NCBI GenBank assembly: GCA_964650355.1
Contig: CAZYTL010000001.1
Span: 216,018-280,017, forward strand
DNA from: an uncultured Gammaproteobacteria bacterium
GTDB taxonomy: Bacteria > Patescibacteriota > Microgenomatia > CAYXHB01 > CAZYTL01
Length of the DNA: 64,000 bases
Direction: 5' to 3'
Shown piece after piece: positions 57,430 through 64,000 of the stretch; positions within the stretch are counted from its first letter, which is position 1; each line of letters begins with the position of its first letter. A program made the position numbers and the translations under genes. The notes beneath the pieces were generated by a model, which worked only from the letters and a program-made list of their open reading frames with translations, was not told the DNA's origin and did not search any database.

Positions 57430-58416
57430 ATGATTAAATACAATCGCATATTAATTACCGGAGCAACAGGATTTATCGGCCACCATGTTATAACTCACGC
57501 CATAAGAGAAAGATGGGCGTCGCATATTAGGCTGTTCATAAAAAAAGGGACAAAATTAGATTTTAAATCAATCCTGGTCGAGAAAAAATATTATCAGACT
57601 CAATGGGCGAACAAGTCAGTAGACAAAGCACTTAAAGATATCGACTGCGTGATCAATTGTGTCGGAAAACTAGGAAGATGGGGAAACACATATGGAGATT
57701 ACTACCAAGCGAATGTTGTAACCACTCAACTACTCGTAAACAACCTTTCGAAACAAATAAAGAAAGTTATACACATAAGTTCACCATCAGTTTTAGGACC
57801 CATCTCAGATCCTCGTAAACCAGGAACTGAAACTGACATCATTAATCCTCACAATAATTATGAAATAACTAAGGCTCTGTCGGAACTAATTATTCTCAGT
57901 CAATGTCCAAGCCCTTGGATAATAATTCGGCCGGAATTCGTTTACGGGCCAAAAGACAAGCAAGTATTTAGATTGTACAAGGCCATAATGAGAAATCGAT
58001 TTATAATCATTGGTAACGGAAATACGTTCCTACACCCCACATACATTGACGATGTCGTAAAGGCGATTAGACTGACTATCACAAAGCCTGTATCACATCA
58101 AATATTTCATATAGCAGGACCACGACCTTTGACCGTTAACCAAATAGTCCATGATATAAGGCAAGTCTTTGGTGGACGTCAACCAGACCATGTTCCAATA
58201 AACATAGCAAGAAAAATAGCAAGTTTATTTGAATTTTGTTCTAAATTTGGAATACAACCGATGTTAACTAATTCTCAAGTCGATTTTTTTACTCAGCACC
58301 GCTTATTCTCTACCAAGAAAGCACAAATTTTACTGAAATGGGAACCAACAACCAACTATCGAACCGGCTTATTAATATCTCGTCGCTGGTATCAAAAGCA
58401 TAAATGGCTAGATTAA
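57430..58416 (+). CDS. NAD(P)-dependent epimerase/dehydratase-family SDR
   Basis: ILITGATGFIGHHV Rossmann motif. YEITK (YxxxK). Confidence 0.75.
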   Translation: MIKYNRILITGATGFIGHHVITHAIRERWASHIRLFIKKGTKLDFKSILVEKKYYQTQWANKSVDKALKDIDCVINCVGKLGRWGNTYGDYYQANVVTTQLLVNNLSKQIKKVIHISSPSVLGPISDPRKPGTETDIINPHNNYEITKALSELIILSQCPSPWIIIRPEFVYGPKDKQVFRLYKAIMRNRFIIIGNGNTFLHPTYIDDVVKAIRLTITKPVSHQIFHIAGPRPLTVNQIVHDIRQVFGGRQPDHVPINIARKIASLFEFCSKFGIQPMLTNSQVDFFTQHRLFSTKKAQILLKWEPTTNYRTGLLISRRWYQKHKWLD

Positions 58417-58420
58417 ATAT

Positions 58421-59326
58421 ATGACCTTAGTAAAGACAAATTTTAAATTAGACTTTCTGGGAATTGGCATGCCAAAATGCGGTACATCATGGATCTCTTC
58501 GAATCTAACGAACCATCCTCAAGTATATATTCCTCCTGAAAAGGAAATAAATTTCTTTAACGAGCAATATTGGAAAGAAGATATTCCTGTAGCACGTAAC
58601 TATCAACGTGGTATAGGGTGGTACGAAAGTTTCTTTAAAAAGGCGCCAGTGGGTAAATTAAAAGGCGAGTTTAGCGTGACCTACATGGTTGATAAACCAG
58701 CAGTTTATCGAATCAGACGACATTTCCCTGACGTAAAAATTCTTATCGCCTTAAGAAATCCCCCTGACATGGTGCAATCACTCTATTGGTGGTTTAAAAC
58801 CACTTCTTCTTACAAATATCATACCGATAACTTTGACCAAGCAGTCCAAGAAAAAGTAGAGAGCGATGGGCGTTTTTGGATGGGTTACTATTCAAGATTT
58901 TTGGAGACAATATATCATACATTCCCATATCAAAATATTCATATAGTTATTCTCGATGATATAAAAAACAATCCTTCTACTACGTTTAAGGAGATATGTA
59001 ACTTCCTCCAGATAGAAAACCAAGTTTCAACTAAACATTTAGCCAGAAAAGTTAATTCTGCGATAACGGTGAAATCGAAAACGATAAAAAACTTGGCTGT
59101 CATATGGATGAATCTACTTAAAGATCTAAAATTAAAAAAAATATATTCGTTTATAAAAACCAGTAGAACTATTTCTTCCATTTATCGTCAGATTAATATG
59201 AAGTCATATAAATATCCCCAAATGAATAAAAAAACAAGAGTTAAACTAAACAGTTGGTATCAAGAAGATATAATTAAAGTAGGAAAAATCATAAACCGTG
59301 ATTTAAGTGCATGGTATAACCAATAG
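58421..59326 (+). CDS. PAPS-dependent sulfotransferase
   Basis: PKCGTSW (5'-phosphosulfate-binding, compare PKSGTTW) and ALRNPPDMVQSLY (3'-phosphate-binding RxPxD..S.Y) motifs. Confidence 0.7.
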   Translation: MTLVKTNFKLDFLGIGMPKCGTSWISSNLTNHPQVYIPPEKEINFFNEQYWKEDIPVARNYQRGIGWYESFFKKAPVGKLKGEFSVTYMVDKPAVYRIRRHFPDVKILIALRNPPDMVQSLYWWFKTTSSYKYHTDNFDQAVQEKVESDGRFWMGYYSRFLETIYHTFPYQNIHIVILDDIKNNPSTTFKEICNFLQIENQVSTKHLARKVNSAITVKSKTIKNLAVIWMNLLKDLKLKKIYSFIKTSRTISSIYRQINMKSYKYPQMNKKTRVKLNSWYQEDIIKVGKIINRDLSAWYNQ

Positions 59327-59363
59327 GTAAATATACAAATAAAAAACGTTAGGAGAATTTATA

Positions 59364-60122
59364 ATGCGTTATATGGATACTAACTATCAGAAAGAAGAAA
59401 GAACCTTTGACAATTATTCAAATGATTGGATCAACTACCGAAAAACACCTCGATACCAGTACTTAAGGAAATATATTTTAAAACTAATCAAAGATTTTGA
59501 TAAACCAGAAAACAGAATATTAGAACTTGGATGCGGTATATCTCCATTTCTCGGAGAGTTAAAAAAAAGCACTAACTATGGACTTGATATTTCACAGACC
59601 TTAATAGACAAAAACAAGAGTCAAACTGCCACGTTTATAAAAGGAAACGTGGTAAACTGTTCTTCATATTTTAAAGTAAAATTTGACCTAATATTCATGG
59701 TTGGCTTATTGCATCATATAAATGGAAAAGATCACCCGAAGGTTCTAAAACAAGTTAAAAAACTATTAAAATCTCAAGGGTATTTTATTCTGGTTGAACC
59801 CAACATGATATCTATCACAGGAATATATTATCTTCTAAGAATAGTTCTTACCCAATTATTTAATGGGAATACAATTCGGAATTTAATTGGTTTTTATAGC
59901 GAAGATGAGAAATATATCTTTCCCAATAGAGTTTTAAATCAACTGAGAATATTAAATTTCGAGACAGTTAAGGCGTATTCTATTATGCCATTAAGACTGC
60001 CACCAGTTAAATCCTTGCAAAAAATAAATATTCAACCAGTCAATGAATTACTATATCCAGTGGTCTCAAAATTACTATATGGTGGTACAAGTCTAGTTAT
60101 CGTCTGCAAGAAAAAACAATAA
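59364..60122 (+). CDS. class I SAM-dependent methyltransferase
   Basis: ILELGCGISPF motif I. LIFMVGLLHHING. Confidence 0.65.
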   Translation: MRYMDTNYQKEERTFDNYSNDWINYRKTPRYQYLRKYILKLIKDFDKPENRILELGCGISPFLGELKKSTNYGLDISQTLIDKNKSQTATFIKGNVVNCSSYFKVKFDLIFMVGLLHHINGKDHPKVLKQVKKLLKSQGYFILVEPNMISITGIYYLLRIVLTQLFNGNTIRNLIGFYSEDEKYIFPNRVLNQLRILNFETVKAYSIMPLRLPPVKSLQKINIQPVNELLYPVVSKLLYGGTSLVIVCKKKQ

Positions 60123-60124
60123 TC

Positions 60125-61471
60125 TTATACCTTTATGAATTGAAGTAATCTGAAGGCATTAGCGTAATAACGATAACACACATCTAATTTCTTTTTATTA
60201 CTCTTTGGCATCGCAGGTTTTGGATACAAGCTGTCAATCTTATTGACAGCTAAATCTAAGTATGCGGATTTAATAATCCCCTTTTTTTCAACAGAGTTTA
60301 AAAGAATGGGAATAGTGCAGAACAACTTCAACCACGGATCGTATGAACTACTAAGGATTTTAATATGCCGTTTATTTAACTTAATTAATTCTTTAAAGTA
60401 AATAAAGTTTAAATAATGTCGAGCAATATATACATAAGGCCTTAGTAAAAAATCATCATTTAAATTTAGTCCTATTTTTTTCTTTAGCTTAAACTGGATA
60501 TACGGTTTGAGAAATACAAACTGAAAATCTTCAGTAAACCTATTTAAAAAAAACTCCGAATCAGTCGAATAATCCAAACTAAATGCTCTTCGCAGGTAAT
60601 ATAAAATTGTAATAATAGCATCTTCTTTTGCACGAAACCAATAATTAATCACTCTCATATCACTCGAAGCAGTCTTTCTTAAATTTGGTTTTAATTTAAA
60701 ATCAGTGAATTTTATTAACTTTTTATCTAAATCAGGAATTTTTCTGCTAAGCTGCTTAAAATCTTGTTTATAAGTTCTTGAGAAAATAGAGGCTCTTTCT
60801 TTATAGGAACTCACAAACTTACCTGAAAGCAACAATAGTGCCTCAGCAATGCTCAAATACATTTTAGAAGAGTAAAAGAGCAATGCTTGCCTTTCTGCTA
60901 ACGTCAGCTTCCTCTCTAAGTATTCGAACCTAAAACACTCGATTAGTAACGAGGCCCGATTAAATAGGAATCTTAAACCGTCTTGTAACGGAATGTCACT
61001 AATATCGAAATTCGGAATTAATTTCCTCGCATCACGACCATATAATACTCGGGCTGAATGTTTAATTTCATAATATTTAATAAAAGGATCAACGTCCCTT
61101 AATTTATTAACTGTAATATTACGAATATCAGAATAAAAGTTCATGAGAGGAGAACTTTCGCTAAACGAAAACTCGGAATCAAAGTTCATTTGACGGTTAA
61201 AATCTAGAGAGATATTATTTAAAATTTCCTCATCAATTGGAGCGTAGCTCACCACGAATAAATCAAAATCATTTAATGGTTGTACCTTCCCCTTTACAAT
61301 TTTTATACTACCTTCCTCACGTGCGAATCCTCCGATTAATAAAATCGAGTAAATATTTTTCTTGTCCAAATGCCTCAAAAGCAAACCCGTGAGAGTTTTA
61401 ATTTGATTATCTATTTGTTTTTCAACCTCTTTATCATTGAATGCTGTGTATTTGGTCGTGTCTTTTTTCAT
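60125..61471 (-). CDS. Pol-beta-superfamily nucleotidyltransferase-domain protein with large helical C-terminal region
   Basis: 448 aa. LLIGGFAREEGSIKIVKGKVQPLNDFDLFVV fits G[GS]-x9-13-DxD of NTP_transf_2 / GlnE-like NTases. Last gene of a three-gene overlapping operon. Confidence 0.45.
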   Translation of the reverse strand: MKKDTTKYTAFNDKEVEKQIDNQIKTLTGLLLRHLDKKNIYSILLIGGFAREEGSIKIVKGKVQPLNDFDLFVVSYAPIDEEILNNISLDFNRQMNFDSEFSFSESSPLMNFYSDIRNITVNKLRDVDPFIKYYEIKHSARVLYGRDARKLIPNFDISDIPLQDGLRFLFNRASLLIECFRFEYLERKLTLAERQALLFYSSKMYLSIAEALLLLSGKFVSSYKERASIFSRTYKQDFKQLSRKIPDLDKKLIKFTDFKLKPNLRKTASSDMRVINYWFRAKEDAIITILYYLRRAFSLDYSTDSEFFLNRFTEDFQFVFLKPYIQFKLKKKIGLNLNDDFLLRPYVYIARHYLNFIYFKELIKLNKRHIKILSSSYDPWLKLFCTIPILLNSVEKKGIIKSAYLDLAVNKIDSLYPKPAMPKSNKKKLDVCYRYYANAFRLLQFIKV

Positions 61472-61472
61472 T

Positions 61473-62210
61473 TTAGTTCTTCTTCAATAAGAAATAGATC
61501 ATATGAGCATTATGCTTTTGAATAAATAGGGGATAATAAACTTCTAATTTAACCAATATAGGAATTAAAATTTGGGCAAACTGATTGAGAAACTTTGCGA
61601 ACAGGAGTTTAATTACTGTTGGTTGGATATCTTTAGCTTTTGACTGAATACTCATACCGGCTGGCCAAGGTGGAATATCAATATAACCGGAATCCGCGAT
61701 GATTAAATTTTTATGATTTTTAATTAGCTTTGTCATAGGTAATAAACTCTTAGAGTTTAAGCCACTAATCTTGGGATGCGCGTAGCACTTCTGATTTGGG
61801 ATAAACAATAAAATATACTTGCTAGTTTTATTTGCTGCATGTTTGATGTATGAAGTGAGTTCATTGCCATTAAAATTTTGTAATACTTCCGTATTAACAA
61901 TTAGATCAACTTTAGTTTTGGGTGAAAAAAAAATAATTTCAGGATTTGTAATTTTCAATTTATTTACGACTCTTTTAATTTCGGTAATTTTATTCTCCCG
62001 AGCGTCACTAATATATATTTTCTTATTAGTCCAGAACAACAAATCTAAACCTAGCCCATATTTTTCGGGTAAGGAATCAACGTAGATTATATTAACTTCA
62101 GTTTGAATTTTTTTATATATTCGACGTTTAGCCAAATATTCGTACCAGGTACCAATACCTTCTCCTTCAGCCAACGTGGCGTGGTACATAAGTCTAGTAA
62201 TCCCATTCAT
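61473..62210 (-). CDS. hypothetical protein (middle gene of coupled operon)
   Basis: 245-aa ORF. 4-bp overlap upstream and 1-nt spacing downstream. No motif recognised. Confidence 0.35.
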   Translation of the reverse strand: MNGITRLMYHATLAEGEGIGTWYEYLAKRRIYKKIQTEVNIIYVDSLPEKYGLGLDLLFWTNKKIYISDARENKITEIKRVVNKLKITNPEIIFFSPKTKVDLIVNTEVLQNFNGNELTSYIKHAANKTSKYILLFIPNQKCYAHPKISGLNSKSLLPMTKLIKNHKNLIIADSGYIDIPPWPAGMSIQSKAKDIQPTVIKLLFAKFLNQFAQILIPILVKLEVYYPLFIQKHNAHMIYFLLKKN

Positions 62211-63385
62211 GTTAGATTTAGTAATTTTTTTAAGCGTTCATGTAATTCCGATATGTTAATATTTTCTCTTTTACAACTATTTCCACTCATAATATAAAAA
62301 CCCTGCATATTTTTATTCCTAGGCATATAACCATGCATCGCCTTTTCAGGTTTCGTGCGGTTGTAATAGTTCGGGAAAATCAAAACTCCTGGATGGCAGA
62401 TATACGTTAGATCTCCTTGTCGTTTATCAGAAAAATTAATGCCATAATTTTTCATTTCCTGATCTGTAATTAAATGGCCGTCGTCTTTAAAATGATTCAA
62501 GCGCTTTAGTAGTTCCTTTTTGCCGGCCTCTTCCTCTACCCAAAATCTTGCAATGCATGAATCTAAAAACATAGTAACATTCAAATTTTCAGTCAGTTCA
62601 CTCAGATCAATCGTTTTATAAATATCACACATGCCGTGATCTGACCAGAATAAAAATTTAATTTTATATTTTCGACTGATTTGGTTAACTAATTTTTCAC
62701 ATAGCGCGTCAACTTGTAGAATTTCTTCTTCTGTTTTATAAGACTTTGTACCATAAGCATGAGTTGTCGAATCTAAATCCCAAATATGAAGCCAGAACAC
62801 ATCAGCTCTATCAATGTTTTTTATTAAGCTTTCAATTTTGCTTTCATCCTTGTTTGGTGAAAGAATGTCTATATGAAAACCTCGATTATTAGATACTACC
62901 GGCCAATCAAAACACAGATACTCGATTTTTTTCTTGTCTAACTGATTAAATATAGAAGCGCTCTTGAACAAATTAGAATTTACCCAGCTGTCTTTTATAG
63001 AGGTATCAAATTTATGTATCTGATCAAAGGGAATAGCATGTATACTAAAAAAGTAATTATGGCCTGATAATAACCTTAAACCATTATAGATAAACTCAAA
63101 AAGAAATCTTAGAGGTTTTTCGAAAATCGTACCATCAAAAAATCGGAAAAACTTTATTAATTTAAAGGGGGAGTCCGCTGCATTGTAGTAAAATTCATTC
63201 CAGAACCCTAATTGATCAGGTAACTTACCTGTTAATAATGTAGCCTCCACTGATGTAAATCCAATAGTCGTCTGTAACTTACCAGAATGATTCTTCTTTG
63301 AAAGTTTCTTGAGGAAAATCGTTTTGTCGAGGTAATCGAATTTAAATGCATCAAGACAAATAATGACAGTTTTTTCATCAACCAT
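62207..63385 (-). CDS. alkaline-phosphatase-superfamily enzyme, type I phosphodiesterase/nucleotide pyrophosphatase (NPP)-like
   Basis: VIICLDAFKFDYL (metal-binding Asp context, like LVSIDGFRWDYL) and WSDHGM motif. Confidence 0.5.
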   Translation of the reverse strand: MVDEKTVIICLDAFKFDYLDKTIFLKKLSKKNHSGKLQTTIGFTSVEATLLTGKLPDQLGFWNEFYYNAADSPFKLIKFFRFFDGTIFEKPLRFLFEFIYNGLRLLSGHNYFFSIHAIPFDQIHKFDTSIKDSWVNSNLFKSASIFNQLDKKKIEYLCFDWPVVSNNRGFHIDILSPNKDESKIESLIKNIDRADVFWLHIWDLDSTTHAYGTKSYKTEEEILQVDALCEKLVNQISRKYKIKFLFWSDHGMCDIYKTIDLSELTENLNVTMFLDSCIARFWVEEEAGKKELLKRLNHFKDDGHLITDQEMKNYGINFSDKRQGDLTYICHPGVLIFPNYYNRTKPEKAMHGYMPRNKNMQGFYIMSGNSCKRENINISELHERLKKLLNLT

Positions 63386-63445
63386 AGCTATAATTTGGGG
63401 TGCTATTTATAGATTAGCCTCATTGAAGTGAAAAGTTGCTATTAA

Positions 63446-63991
63446 CTAATAGTGAAACCGTTTATTTCCATTCTCTATAAGTTCCTTTTGAATTCTGCGT
63501 GCGGTGGGGGATTTGATTTGATCGAATTTTGTTATATGGCGTTGAGCGTTCCTCCATACTTCACTCACAGGTTTGCCTTTTGCCTTGCTATAGTAACCAA
63601 TTGATTGCTCTGTTAACACCCATAAATTATCTGCTTCTACCAGCCGTTGAGCAAGTTGATTGGTTATTGGTAATCCTAAATATTGGTTATCATGAACCAT
63701 GATAATTTCTTGCACTTGTTGGATCAGCTCGGTTCCGAATCCGACTTGAGTTAATACTTCCTGGGCGATATTAGCTCCTTCTTTCATATGTTTTATACGA
63801 TCTTCAGGTGTTCTTTTTTCAGGTTCCTTAACCCGGGACCAACCAACATCATGCAAAATTGCCGCCGGAATCAATACCTCTGCTTTTTCATCTAACTGCT
63901 CTTCCTCTATTATCTTCTGCATCAAGTCCACCACCACTCCTGTGTGAAGTAAATCCTCGGGACGACACCGTTTCAAATACGGCACCGCCAA
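63446..63991 (-). CDS. HD-domain phosphohydrolase
   Basis: AAILHDVGW HD motif, ~180 aa. Confidence 0.55.
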   Translation of the reverse strand: MAVPYLKRCRPEDLLHTGVVVDLMQKIIEEEQLDEKAEVLIPAAILHDVGWSRVKEPEKRTPEDRIKHMKEGANIAQEVLTQVGFGTELIQQVQEIIMVHDNQYLGLPITNQLAQRLVEADNLWVLTEQSIGYYSKAKGKPVSEVWRNAQRHITKFDQIKSPTARRIQKELIENGNKRFHY

Positions 63992-64000
63992 ATCCCAAAT

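Noticed and set aside
1-64000. Possible alternative genetic code (TGA=Gly, as in Gracilibacteria/SR1)
   Set aside because: Long ORFs, including mutS (877 aa) and the 1064-aa protein, are intact under the standard code with no in-frame TGA interruptions. Recoding is not needed.
1-64000. CRISPR array or cas genes
   Set aside because: No regularly spaced direct repeats of 24-40 bp are seen in any intergenic region, and no Cas-like proteins appear among the ORFs.

Overview
This 64 kb window is a densely coding bacterial chromosome segment of about 42-45% GC. It uses the standard genetic code: long ORFs are not interrupted by TGA. No rRNA, tRNA, CRISPR array or recognisable transposase or integrase is visible. 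The housekeeping genes are confidently identifiable. These are mutL (endonuclease-type), mutS (4.4 kb away, not adjacent), oligoendopeptidase F, a family-4 uracil-DNA glycosylase, a ROK glucokinase, and ftsQ-ftsA with no ftsZ downstream. The rest is envelope and cell-surface biology, typical of a small-genome Patescibacteria/CPR-like or Gram-positive-like organism. It contains four tandem small TrbC/VirB2-like pilin paralogs. It also contains a Wzx-type flippase followed by large GT-C/YfhO-like membrane glycosyltransferase candidates. The most unusual feature is a trio of secreted Asn/Thr/Gly-rich repeat proteins that share a repeat I cannot assign to a named family. One of the three ends in a canonical LPXTG sorting signal, and a sortase gene lies about 2 kb away. 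Further on is a tandemly duplicated two-gene module, each copy a YfhO-like ~800-aa membrane protein plus a ~350-aa membrane partner. The last large region is a glycan-modification cluster with three GT2 enzymes, two SDR epimerases, four class I methyltransferases and a sulfotransferase. That cluster also holds a fusion of a minimal HxGH nucleotidyltransferase to an APS-kinase-like domain. Finally there is a tightly coupled operon of HD hydrolase, NPP-type phosphodiesterase, unknown protein and a 448-aa Pol-beta nucleotidyltransferase. One short YezD/DUF2292-like ORF (34803..34970, minus strand) is not in the supplied ORF track. All family assignments are from motif recognition by eye; no database search was run.
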